Part shown: positions 43,560-54,955 of the stretch, one piece after another
Layout: each line of letters opens with the position of its first letter
Position numbering within the stretch: the stretch's first letter is position 1
Program-made: the position numbers and the translations under genes
Assembly (NCBI GenBank): GCA_964019335.1
Contig: OZ025657.1
Coordinates: 496,001 to 560,000, forward strand
Source: Diplonema japonicum
Lineage: Eukaryota > Protista > Euglenozoa: Diplonemea
Length of the DNA: 64,000 nucleotides
Direction: 5' to 3'
Notes under the pieces: generated by a model
Seen by the model: only the letters and a program-made list of their open reading frames with translations
Database searches by the model: none
Told to the model about the DNA's origin: nothing

Positions 43560-44996
43560 TTTTATTTCACAGTTTATTTCCCTCGGCCTAAATTCTCAAA
43601 GAGCGGGGAACGTAAAGTAGGGCTCTTTCCCCCCCGGGCAAATAAACTTTTAAGCCAAATTTAACAGGGCGGGGAAATAAACTAACATAATTCTTCCAGC
43701 TCTTTTTTTTTATCAAAGATGCCAAAAAGCAAGAAGGTCAAGCGCATGGAAGAGATCTATGAGTCAAACACATATAAGAACCCTTCCTATGAAAAAGCGT
43801 GGACTGTGATGCTCGAGTCAGAGAACATAGCAGGGAAGCCGCGTGAGCAAGATATCGTGAGCTACTCCCAAAGCAGGAGGGAAGCCGGGTTCAAGGCATC
43901 GAGCCTCTGGTGTCTTTACTCCAAATTGAACGCAACCTTCAAAGCCAAGTACAACTGCAAACTACAAGCTTGGCCTCGCTTGACGTCTTTGTTAAAGTCC
44001 TGGGACCGTAACGAAGAGCGTCACGTGGCTGCCACTGTATCAAGTGACGAGGTTCAAGATTATATTGAACAAAAAAAAGGGACCGCTAACGCCGCTATCG
44101 TTGCTTGCATGTTTAGCGGGGGCATGAGAGCTTGCGAAGTGGTGTCGATGGAAATCAGCGACATTGTTAAGAATCAAGTTGATGGGAGTTTTATCTGCAC
44201 CGCAGCACGTTCAAAGACGGGTGGGCACACAAAATTCCACATGTCTGGCATTTTATGCATCAGCAATGGACCAGTTGGACTTGTTGCTACGACCTAAGAA
44301 AGAGACCAAGCGTCTGTTCCTTTCGGAGAGAGAGGAACGCCCATTGGCAAAAACAAGGTATACAAACTGGGGTACGATGTGGCATCCGTCATCGGAAAGC
44401 CCGCCAATGAGATATCCAAGTTTACGTCACACACTTTTCGACGTTCTGCGGCCACAGCTGCTGCTGAAAACGGCGCATCTATCTCCATGATGCAATCACA
44501 TTTTGGATGGAGAAACACAAGCATGCCAGCAATGTACGTGGAACAGAGCACAAGCAGTGCGCAACACATGGCAGGACTTTTGAGTCAAATACAGACCAGC
44601 CCAGGACCAGGAAGCCCAAGCCAGTCACAGGACGTCAACATCAATATCAACAACATCCGCACACGCCAGGAGTAGATAGTACCCACTCCACCCCTTTTTT
44701 CTTTTCTTTTGCCATTTTTATTTTTTCATTCTACAAACAAGCGTGATAGTCCAGCGTATTCCGGAGTCCACGTCCCGCTCTTTGAGAATTTAGGCCTCGG
44801 GAAAATAAACTGTTTACAGTTTAAATAAAACGCCGTATTCCGGGGTAAAGTAGGGAATACCTTTTCCCTCGACAGATTGTCCTGGCCCCTCGGAACCAAT
44901 TTTTACCTCGCTTCGCCCGGTAAAAATTATGTCCTCGGGAGCCACAATCTGTCTCGGGGAAATAAACCCTACTTTATTGCCCCGGAATAAATAGTT
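43560..44996 (+). mobile_element. Crypton-like tyrosine-recombinase transposon
   Basis: YR gene flanked by inverted repeats (43569-43613 / 44771-44813) and a ~150-bp palindrome (44836-44989); no RT and no DDE. Ends approximate. Confidence 0.8.
43719..44675 (+). pseudogene. Tyrosine recombinase (two frameshifts, ~44250 and ~44320)
   Basis: Catalytic set R (GGMRACE), K (SKT), HxxR (SHTFRRSAAT), H/W (HFGW) and Y (AMYVEQS) spread over three frames. Confidence 0.88.
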
Positions 44997-45009
44997 ATTT
45001 TTTTTTTTT

Positions 45010-46113
45010 TTATTGCCCCGTTTTGTTCACCAGCTTGAGGATCCTCTGCAGCACAACGCCCCCGTGCCATGGTTTCCCCACGAGTGCATTGTACGATTTA
45101 TACCTATCAGCCAGCTCTTTTGTGTTTTTCGTAGCTGCCAGATGTTCAAACAATGCACCCCATACATGTATTGACCTCCCACAGCGTCCCTCTTCGACAA
45201 GCTTATCAAACCAATAGAGCGGTTTTACCTCCACCATGCCCTGCGCGACAGTGCAAAGATTCAGATACTGTGCAAGGCAGAAGTCGGTGACAATGTGTTT
45301 GGGAATGGCGTTCCACACTTTGACAGCTTCGTCCACCGCCCCTGCACGTGTCGCCGCACGCAGGAGGTACCCGTACAGTTTGGAAGAGTTCTCCTTGTGG
45401 TGAGCACTTATCAGCAAGATGTTGTTAGCTGTTAGGAAAAGCACTTTTGATACTTCGTACTTGCCGTGCCAGGATGCAGCCTTCAGTACTGCTTGGTGTA
45501 AAAAGAAATCCGACTGCCTCCCGGGTTCGTTCCAAACCTTCCTGCACAGCCACACCACGACCTTCCACTTCTTAAAAAGCGACGAGATGAGCGGTGTGTA
45601 GAACCGCAGCCTGTCATGTCCCACGAACTTGCTGTCACGCTGCAGCAAACAGATGATTCGGTACGCTGTTTTTTGTTTCTTCACCAAGCACAAGGCCCGT
45701 ACTAGTGAGTGGTAAACGTCTTGTGTTAATGTTGCGGGATCGGTTTTTAGATGGTTCCATATGGCGACAACCTTTCCCGCTTCTTTTTTTTTCATCTGTC
45801 TGCTGTAAGCGTTCAGCAGGTACAGCCATGATGTGCTGTTGGGTGTGATGTCTTTCTCTTTCATGAACAGTAATACTTGCTCGGCGTAGAAACCCTTCCC
45901 AGCCCCGCCGTACCTGCGCAGGGCGATGTTGCAGGATTCGATCCCCACCCCCCACCCGTGGTTGTGTAGGGTGCGCATTTCACTGATGAGTCCCCGCCAC
46001 CGTTCCTTGTAACCGAAGCATGTTTTGTAAGATCTTTCTCTGTTGCGCACGTCCCAGGCTTTGTATTTCAGTTTTAGATAGATTGCAGTGCGGGCATCGT
46101 TTGGAAGCGACAT
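45010..46113 (-). CDS. Pentatricopeptide-repeat (PPR)-like protein
   Basis: Degenerate 35-aa repeats, e.g. IESCNIALRRYGGAGKGFYAEQVLLFMKEKDITPN / STSWLYLLNAYSR / YHSLVRALC. Start uncertain. Confidence 0.75.
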   Translation of the reverse strand: MSLPNDARTAIYLKLKYKAWDVRNRERSYKTCFGYKERWRGLISEMRTLHNHGWGVGIESCNIALRRYGGAGKGFYAEQVLLFMKEKDITPNSTSWLYLLNAYSRQMKKKEAGKVVAIWNHLKTDPATLTQDVYHSLVRALCLVKKQKTAYRIICLLQRDSKFVGHDRLRFYTPLISSLFKKWKVVVWLCRKVWNEPGRQSDFFLHQAVLKAASWHGKYEVSKVLFLTANNILLISAHHKENSSKLYGYLLRAATRAGAVDEAVKVWNAIPKHIVTDFCLAQYLNLCTVAQGMVEVKPLYWFDKLVEEGRCGRSIHVWGALFEHLAATKNTKELADRYKSYNALVGKPWHGGVVLQRILKLVNKTGQ

Positions 46114-46568
46114 CACTTCTGCTCATTTTGTGTTGTAGGTTTCTGTGTACTGTCCTCAGATTTGGGTGGAGATGGTTTATGCACCTTATTCTTGTTAAAT
46201 GACAATGCGAAAGCAAGGGCTTTGCTTGTTACGGTGGCCTTTCGTGCGTAAAGTTGCAGCTTGGTGGCTTGGGCAAAGAGATTCACCATGAAAATCTCTG
46301 CTGCCTCCTGTAGATGCACTATGCTTTGCTTGGATAATCTCGCGTTTTTGTGATCCATCATTGTCCATCTGCATAGGCGCTCAAAGGGAAGCTTTTGTAT
46401 TAGAGGGTTTACTCCTTTCTGCAGTTTTCTGATTTCTCTCTTGGCAACCGTTCCGGGTCTCCATCTTCTTGGCTTTTTCGGCATCGGGCCGGTGTTTCCA
46501 GCGTTGATCCAGGCAGCTTTTTGATTGGCCAGTTTGCGGGCCTTAAACATTCTGGCGTAAGAACGCAT
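46113..46568 (-). CDS. Highly divergent histone H3 variant with C-terminal extension
   Basis: KKPRRWRPGTVAKREIRKLQK..LIQKLPFERL..LQEAAEIFMVNLF. Confidence 0.9.
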   Translation of the reverse strand: MRSYARMFKARKLANQKAAWINAGNTGPMPKKPRRWRPGTVAKREIRKLQKGVNPLIQKLPFERLCRWTMMDHKNARLSKQSIVHLQEAAEIFMVNLFAQATKLQLYARKATVTSKALAFALSFNKNKVHKPSPPKSEDSTQKPTTQNEQK

Positions 46569-47161
46569 TTTTTTTTTTTTTTTTAAAGAAGGGTGTCGAC
46601 GATCTCACCTTCGCGATGTGAGTGGCAGTGCACAGTTAAAAGAAAAAAAAAAAGGAGAAAAAAAAAAAGAAAATGGTTAGGAAGAAAAAGGCAAAAAAAA
46701 AGGGGGGGGAAACTAAAGCTACACAATATCAGGCGATTCCTATCTCCTCCCTCTTTTTTTTTTCTTTTTTTTTTTCGTAGGAGGGGTGAGGCCACCTTTC
46801 CTCTACTTTTTTTTGTTCCCGCACTTGAAAGAAGTGCGGTGTATCCGAACACAATACACATTACGAAACCAAGAGAAGGAAAAAAAAAAGGTATGAAAAA
46901 TGAAAAGAGAAAAGGATGCGTAAAAAAATAAAGAAAAAAAAAAGAAAAAAAAAACCTCCCCCAACCTGTTTGTTCTCCCCATCCCCCCCCCCCCTTTTTC
47001 TTAAAAATTAATCTTTCAATCATTCTCAGAGTGAGAGATACCCCCTTTTTTTTTGCAAGTCTGCGAGTTTTTTTTTTCATCATTCTTTATTTTTTTCTAT
47101 TTTTAAGGGGGGGGTGTATCTTTTTTTTTGAACGCATTTTTTCATGGGAGAGAATAGAGAG

Positions 47162-47195
<34 letters not shown>

Positions 47196-47212
47196 ACACA
47201 CACTAAAACGTT

Positions 47213-48334
47213 TCATGCGGTTCTTCCACGGCCATTGCCCCCGTTGGATCCAGCAATAACTGTCATAGCGCCGCCAACAGCTTCCTGCAGTTTTGCTGCA
47301 GAGGTTGGCAGTATTGACCTGAGGAGGTCTTCATCATAAAATCGTTTTAGGCGGTAGGCCGAGAAGATCAATATAATGAGATGTATACCCCAGAATATGG
47401 TCCCAATCCACACCATCCACACAATTGCACTGCTGTCCTTCCAGTCTGTTACGGCAGCGGCGAACAACACCCCACACCCACCATGCCCCACAAAACCTAC
47501 TATCATTATGACATCGAAAAGAATGGCAATGCAGAGACCCAAGGTGGCCATTCTATATTTCGATGGGACACGGTGTGACACCGCTTGGTAGATAGGCCAG
47601 TACCACAACATGAAAGCGAAACAGATTCCAAGCAAATATATCAACGAAACACCGAAATGCGCTCCCCAGCTAGGTTCGTCGTTGTCTTTTTCGTCTTTGT
47701 TCGACGCCAGCAAAGCGCCTAAATCTACGCAAACCTGGTATACGATAGTAACACATATTAGGTAGTACGAGAAGTACAAGCGTCTCATAAAGCCTTGCCT
47801 TGCAGGAAGGATGTCCGAGTTGATGTCGTGGTAGACCTGCGGCTTCATGCACGGGACGTGTTTCGGGAAATTCGGTTGTTGTGTTATGTTCTTCCCCAGC
47901 TCGAGTTCTCTTTGTTGCAGTTGTTTTTCTTTTCTTTGGAGCTGCTCCTCCATCTGTCGCAGGCGGTCCCATTCCCGTTGCAGCGTTGCAGAGCCTTTGT
48001 CCTGTACCGAGCTTGCAGCATCGCTTCTCACTTGCGACACATCACGTTGAGCTGTGTACGCTGCTTGTTGAGCTTCAGAGTGAGCGCTTACTGCAGCATT
48101 TCCCATCGCGCCTTTCATAACCCCGACAGATGCAAACTATTTTTTTTTTTCTTGAATTTTTTTTTTTCAAACCGGAGACGCCTGTTGCGGCGGGGGGGAT
48201 GCAAGTGGTTGTTGCTGTTGCTGTGTGGGGGGGAACGTCGCTGTGCTCCCTGTGGGGGACATCACGGTATCGTTTTCCGCAGCCGCCGTCATGGCCGATG
48301 GGTTGCTGAGATCAACATCAGAGAACGACTTTAT

Positions 48335-48388
<54 letters not shown>

Positions 48389-48467
48389 TAAGCCACACCG
48401 AAGACACCCCCCCTGTAGGGGCAAGCGAGGCCTGAGGAGGTCCACCTTCTGATTCGTCGACTGGCAT
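47213..48467 (-). CDS. SCAMP family (secretory carrier membrane) protein, 3 exons
   Basis: LQRKEKQLQQRE..PNFP..YHDI..FMLWYWPIYQA, 4 TM segments; introns 48329-48398 and 48137-48172 connect to ATG 48467 in frame. Confidence 0.85.
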
Positions 48468-49300
48468 ATTTTTTTTTTTTTCTCTTTTGAACAAAAAAAA
48501 AAGAAGAAAAACGCTTCTCCTCCCTCCCCCCCCCTTTTTTTTAAATTGAAAAAAAAAAAACTACAACAACGGCTCGCGTGCCCCTAAACTTTAACGGTTA
48601 ACTTTGTGTGGCTTTTGCTGAACGTGGCTTGCATATTTGAGTAACTTCGAGTAACCTTGTGGAAAGCCATAACAAGTTATCACAATACCTGCCACGTACC
48701 CATTATAATTTTTTACCACTCTAAACATAATTTCATGAAAAGTCCTGGCAAAGTGGAGGAAAAATGATCCGACAACCTCCTGCCGTTGCAGGGGGTGTAG
48801 AAAAAGTAGGGCTTCCCAAGCCCACAACAAGAACCCCCTCGTTTTTTCCCCTTCTTCTTTTTCTTTTGCCTCGGTAACATTTATTTCTATTGTTACACCC
48901 TGATTAGAAGGTACTGTGGATGGTGTGGCAAAGGTTTGGATTTAGGTTTTCAGGGATTTTTTTTTTTTTTTTTTTTTTTTCTGTAGAAATTAGAAGTTGA
49001 ACTCCAAAGTTATAATTTGTTCGCTTTTTTTAAATGAGAATGAAGAAACAAAGGATGGGAAGACACAACTGAAATGGAAGAGAAAAAAAATAAAAGAGGA
49101 AAAAAAAAAATGAATGAATAATATTTTTTTTTAACCCTTTTCCTTTTTCCCCCCCTTCTTCGGACATAAGTATACAGAAAAAACTAAACGAAGTGGGAGG
49201 GGAGGGAGAGTGGTAACTGATGCAAGAAAAAAAAAGAGAGAAAAAAAAACACTAGCAAGGGGGGGGATCAATGTCCTCTGAGGCAATCAACGAATTAAAA

Positions 49301-49611
49301 TGGGGCTTTGATTGCAACACTAGGTGGCGTTAAGCGTGCAATGAAGCAAGAACTACCTACTTGATTACAGGGGGCGCTCCTCGGCCGAGTTGTAGCTTCT
49401 TCTGCGTTCCGCGTCGTGTCCTTAATGCGTGCGGTGTGCTCAACCCTAGCCGGGGCGTCCCGGGTAACCAAGATTCTGCGCTCTGCCTGTCACCCTGAGC
49501 ATCTGCGTTACGTTCTCCCACTCGGGCGCTACCGGTGATGACCGACGAGGAGGTCAACAGCGAACAACACATCTGATGTACTTCTTATATTTCCATGTTA
49601 TCCCCACCACC
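49301..49611. repeat. Dispersed ~320-bp repeat, copy 2
   Basis: Matches 40130-40455 with small indels. Confidence 0.85.
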
Positions 49612-49947
49612 TTAAAAAAAGGAGTCGAAGAAGGCACGACATTACGAAAACAAATTGAAGCAACTCCCCCCTCCCCCCTCCCCCCTCCCCTTTTTCCATT
49701 CACTTTTTTTATGAAATAAAGACTCGCAAGGAAAATAAAAGAAAGAATGGGGGGAGGGGGGAAAGTGTAAAGCGAAGGGGGGACGGGGACCACCTGGACG
49801 TAAAACGAAAAAAAAAAAAAAAAAAAAAAAAGAAATGTAGCACTTTTCTATCCCTTCTTTAATTATTATTACTTCCCTTCAACAACTGAAAAGATGATAG
49901 AAATTTTTACAGAATTTCGGTGCATTTTTTTTTTTCCCTTAAATCCA

Positions 49948-50147
49948 NNNNNNNNNNNNNNNNNNNNNNNNNNNNNNNNNNNNNNNNNNNNNNNNNNNNN
50001 NNNNNNNNNNNNNNNNNNNNNNNNNNNNNNNNNNNNNNNNNNNNNNNNNNNNNNNNNNNNNNNNNNNNNNNNNNNNNNNNNNNNNNNNNNNNNNNNNNNN
50101 NNNNNNNNNNNNNNNNNNNNNNNNNNNNNNNNNNNNNNNNNNNNNNN
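49948..50147. other. Assembly gap (200 N)
   Basis: Run of N. Confidence 1.
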
Positions 50148-50981
50148 AGGAATTTCCTTTATTTATTTATAAAAAAGATTTTTTGTACACCCTACCCCAG
50201 TATTGTATGTATTGCTCTTTATTTCCCCCCTTCCTCCCTTTCTACACATGAAACGGGGGGGGGGGGGGGGGGGGGGGCAATGGAGAGAGTTTCTTTGTTC
50301 CTCCCCCTTTTTTTCGGGATGAACGAACAGGGTGGGTGAGGGAGATCATTCCCCCCCCCCCCCCCCCCCAAATATCTACGCACGAGGCCCAAAATTTCGA
50401 GCGATGGTGCAACCCATCGTGCAACGAGCCATTCCTTAACTTCTTGCAGTTGTATAAACCCTTATGGGCTCGTCCTATAAAACTTCGAGATTTTCATCGG
50501 TATATAAAAAAAAAAAAAAAAAAGAAAAAAAAAAGGGAGGGAAACCCATGCATGCCAAATCGAAAAAAACGAGCTGCAAGATGAAATGAAATCTACGAAG
50601 TTTTTCCAATTTCACACTTTTTTTAAGAATAAAAAAAAAAAAAAAAAAAACCCTACCCAGAGAGATTTCAAATAAAACACATCATGGTCAGCTTTTTCTA
50701 TATTTGCCCCTGCGCCATACGCACCATAAAAAAGAATATCCTAGGCAAACCAATGGGTGGAATGCTCCACCGAGATCTTCGAAGGATGCCAGGCAGGGAC
50801 AAATATATACTACCTGGCCATAAAAAAGGAAAGGTCCTTTAACAAGATGAGAGAGAAGAAGAAGAAGAAAAAGAAAAGGGGGAAAACAACCAACGGGTTT
50901 CCTTCCCTTTGTTTATTGACTTGTATGATTTGCCTCATTACCTCTTATCACCTTTTCAAATAAAAGGAATAGGCAAGTTAT

Positions 50982-51018
<37 letters not shown>

Positions 51019-53814
51019 TGTGTGCAACGATTACACAAAAAAAAAAATTACTGAATAAAGAGATTATTTGTATTTGTAACACCCCCCTTACCGCATCCCC
51101 TGAAAGCAACCTGTTTGGAAACACTAGAGGTGAAACTGAGAAGGATACTCTTTTTTTTTTTTTCCTCGTTACGTCACAAAGTTTATCTCATTCTTTTTTT
51201 TTATGAACAAATCGGCTCGGGAAAATAAAGTACAGAAGGGGGGGGGGGGGAGAAAACAATACTGAAAGAAGAAGAAAATCCCCGCCCCCCCCCCCCCCCC
51301 CGCGCCTCTAAAAGAGGTCACGTACTTATTTTTTCATTTACTGTAAAAGTGAAAAAAAAAAAGAAAGCTTCCGCGATTTGCCAATGTCCGCGGTATTGGT
51401 GTTCGGGAGTTGTCAGACCGACGTTTTTCAACGATCCCCCCCCCCCCCCCCCCCAGCTGGATGGCCTTAAGAGATATAATGATATATGAGGTGTAAAAAA
51501 AGAGGGGGGGGCAGCTTTCCCGCCATGAGCTGGAAGAGTGCTGGATAAAGACACTGCTTTTATATTGTAATAAAACGAACTTTGTTTAGACGGGTGCTCC
51601 GACAAAGTGGAAGTGGGCCCGAACACCTTTATTCATAAAAAAAAAAAATTAAGTAAGAAAAAAAAATAAAATCCCCACCTTTCTTTTTTTTTTTATAAAT
51701 GGTGGAGCCTCCCCCCCCCCCCCCCCCCCTGATTTCTCACACCCCACCCTTTTGGGAAAAAAAAGAAGAAAAAAAAAGAAAAGGGGGATAAATAGCTCTG
51801 CGATCGTTTTGCGCTTTTTTTTTTGCTGCATTGAAGAATGGGGGGGGGTCAAAATAAAAAAAAGACTCTTGCACATTGATTCTCGCACTGAATCCGTGTA
51901 CTGAACGCCTTTCAGAAAGGCAACGTGATTTTTTTTTCTTCTTTTTTTTTTTTGTCAACAACAATACAATAGAATGAAAAGATTTTTTTTTTTTTTTTTG
52001 CTCCTTACCCAGAGTCTGGACGTGCAGCAAAAGTGAGCTCTTTGCCATTGTGACAACAAAACAAAAAAGGATACAACATATAAACATATAAATGAGCTTG
52101 TCCGGGAAAAAAATGTCAACACTTTTTTGGTAGTTCGAATTTTTTTTGTTTTAATTATTTGAGCAAAAAGAAGGGCATCATGCAACCATAGGAAGATGAC
52201 ATACATGGCGTACCTGTAGCCGTTCTTTCAATTGCGATGCTTGTTTGCCATGAGGGTGGCAGGCTTTGCAACCGGCTGCTCCTGGGAAGCGAAAAACAGA
52301 GGTCAAAAAAAAAAAAAAAAACGGCGAAAATGTTTAAAATGCAATTTTACTAGGGTGTATAAAAGTGGTGCACATACACTTGTGACCCCTGGGTACAACC
52401 CAGGGTCAGGTTACTCATTACAAATTAAAAATTGAGAAGTTTGCTTTTTAAGGACCCTTAAGAGATTTTAGCCTAAAATGGCAGTATTTTCCCCACCATT
52501 TTAACAGTGGATAAGAGCCCAAACCACCCAAAATGACCCCTTAAGTTTCACAGATTTTCCATCTGCGTCCATTTCTCTCGCTTTTCATTGAAGAAGACAA
52601 AAAGAAATATGGAGCTTGGGTCATTTACAATTTCCGAATGCCAAAAACTAAAAAAATCATTCTAAAGAGCATGTTTTTGCACACGGATTTTAGAAATGAA
52701 ACAAATGGCACGAATGGCGCGCGTTGTGACCTATGTGGTGCACACACTTAGACCGCAATTCTGAACACAAAGTGGTGTCGGACTACTTTTTGTAACCTTT
52801 TTAGAAAATTTCCGAGGGTTTTCCGTTGCAAAGAGGGTCATTTGTTGACATATTTTTTTTCGGACAAGCTCATATTTTTTTTTTTTTTTTTGCTTCTCCC
52901 TTCCTGCAGGGCCCAGACAATAAGTACAAGGCGCCTGTCTTGATGAGAGCAACAAAGTGAGCTAAGTCTCGAAAACAGTCAACCATATGGACCATTCGAT
53001 GACAGAAAAAGGTGCAAACTCTAATAGAAAGGGATGATGAGACTACTCTTGCTAAACTGATAACTTTCTCAGTACAGTGCAGCATATCTGGTTTTTTTAT
53101 TTTCTTTTGTTTTATTTATTCTTTTTTTTTCCCCCAAATGCTGAGGAAAGAAAGTGTGTGTGGTTCATAATACCTTTTGCGATAAAAAAAAAAGTGCTGC
53201 CAAGGGGAAATTACACCAACTCATAACCTAGAAATATTCCTCGCGGTAATTTCCCCCCACTCTCCCTCCGTGACACTACTGGCCCCCCAGTCTGCGACTA
53301 CAAAAGCTGGATGGAATTTCGAAAAAGCTACTTTTTTACCAGTAGTCCCCCCTAGCAGCACATCAAATGAAGGACGCAGGAAAGAAAGAACGAGAAGAAA
53401 GCGAACCACCATGCACAGAGAGTACTACTCTGTTACAGCCTGGGGGGAAGAAGGGAAAACAAATTCACTATGATGAGGGAGAAGTGTCAGCAACAACCTA
53501 TCAAAAAGAAAAACAAACAAACAAAAAAGGGGGCGCGCAATGCCGGTGCCCTCCTTTCTTCGCCTAAAGTTCCTAACGTTTGAACACACGAGAATCTGGG
53601 TTTCTTTACCCATCGGGGATAAAAAGAAAAAGAAGAAGAAAAACTGCATTGAAAGGGGAGAAGGGGGAAAACACGACAAAAAATACGAAGGGGGCATTGG
53701 GGGGGGTGTAGAGGACTAGAGAAAAAGTAGCAAACCGTAACTAAACTTGTTTTGTCAAAGTGAGCAGTGAAGACTTCAAGCTCCCATAAACCCTTTTTTA
53801 GAAAGGGGGAAAAA

Positions 53815-53886
53815 TTCCCCGGCCGGGAATTGAACCCGGGTCATCCGCGTGACAGGCGGATATACTGACCTCTATACTACCGAGGA
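53815..53886 (-). tRNA. trnD-GTC: tRNA-Asp(GTC)
   Basis: TCCTCGGTAGTATAGAGGTCAGTATATCCGCCTGTCACGCGGATGACCCGGGTTCAATTCCCGGCCGGGGAA followed by a T-run. Confidence 0.95.
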
Positions 53887-53936
53887 TCTGAAAATTTCAG
53901 GGGGTGCTGGTCGAGCTATTCAATTTTGATTTTTTC

Positions 53937-54584
53937 TCACGGTTTTTCATTTTGCTGAGGTACATTGAGGGGATGGGGGTGCTGATCTTCAATTGGGACA
54001 GCACTGATCAAGGTACCACGACGGGACTTTCGGCTGCGGAAGTTCTGTCGGAAGTCTGAGGAAGTTTGGGATCTGGTCCTGTCTCTCCGAATGACGTGTC
54101 GGTTGTGCCGCCGGAGGGCGGACTGGGTGAGGAGAACTGAGTGCTCGGAAGTAGTTGAGGAAGAGGAAGAAGAGAAAGAGTCAGGGGTTTCCGGTCTTGC
54201 CCCATCACTGCCACCCTCCTTCATCGTTTCTTCTTGTCCCGCCACTTCAGTATTATGTATCCACTTTTCTACCTTCCGTTGTTTCTTTCTGGTGATACAC
54301 ACCGTCCCAGGTCCCGGGTGTTTTTCTTCAAACACAACCCCACCACACCCCAGAGAGATTTTCGCCCTCCATTTCCTCACAAACTTCTTCATTTCAGCTG
54401 AAGCAACCCCTGGCTCCGTCGTCCTCACTCCCCCATCATCATCCCCTATACTGTTTCCTAGTGCGTGATAAAACACCCACATCTTGTCATCTGCTTCAGC
54501 ACATTCCGTCTTTGCTGAATTTTGCTCCTTTTCATCTTGCTTGTACACTTGCTGCTTCGTGTGGCACGAGCCACCACATCCCAT
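53937..54584 (-). CDS. Hypothetical N-acylated protein (MGCGGSC)
   Basis: ATG 54584 followed by a G2/C3 acylation motif; ~215 aa. Confidence 0.6.
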   Translation of the reverse strand: MGCGGSCHTKQQVYKQDEKEQNSAKTECAEADDKMWVFYHALGNSIGDDDGGVRTTEPGVASAEMKKFVRKWRAKISLGCGGVVFEEKHPGPGTVCITRKKQRKVEKWIHNTEVAGQEETMKEGGSDGARPETPDSFSSSSSSTTSEHSVLLTQSALRRHNRHVIRRDRTRSQTSSDFRQNFRSRKSRRGTLISAVPIEDQHPHPLNVPQQNEKP

Positions 54585-54795
54585 AAAGCTTAACACCCTG
54601 TTAGAAAGTGATGTTGTTGTTATTTTCGTTCCCAGGAGTAAGAGGAGAGACACAGTAAAGGTCCATCCAAAAAAGTGAATGCTTTCCGGAAAAGGATAGA
54701 ACCCCGGAACTGAACTGTGACAACAACAAACATAGTAATAATAACAACCTCAATAAGCTATACAAACCAGCGCAGCATGTAAATGCAGCGCACCA

Positions 54796-54918
54796 CTATG
54801 TCAAGGCTGCGCATTTTCCTGAGATAGGTGCAGTCGCTTGGTGTGTAGTCGCCTTGGTCAGGAGGTGTAGGGGCAAGTCAACTAGCGGTATTCTCTGTGT
54901 TTTTATTCCTCTCGCTTC

Positions 54919-54955
<37 letters not shown>

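Noticed and set aside
49894-50339. ORFs containing X runs
   Set aside because: Artefacts of the assembly gap.
52351-52750. GTGGTGCACA(TA)CACTT direct repeat and small hairpin, possible TE remnant
   Set aside because: No termini, TSD or coding remnant identifiable.
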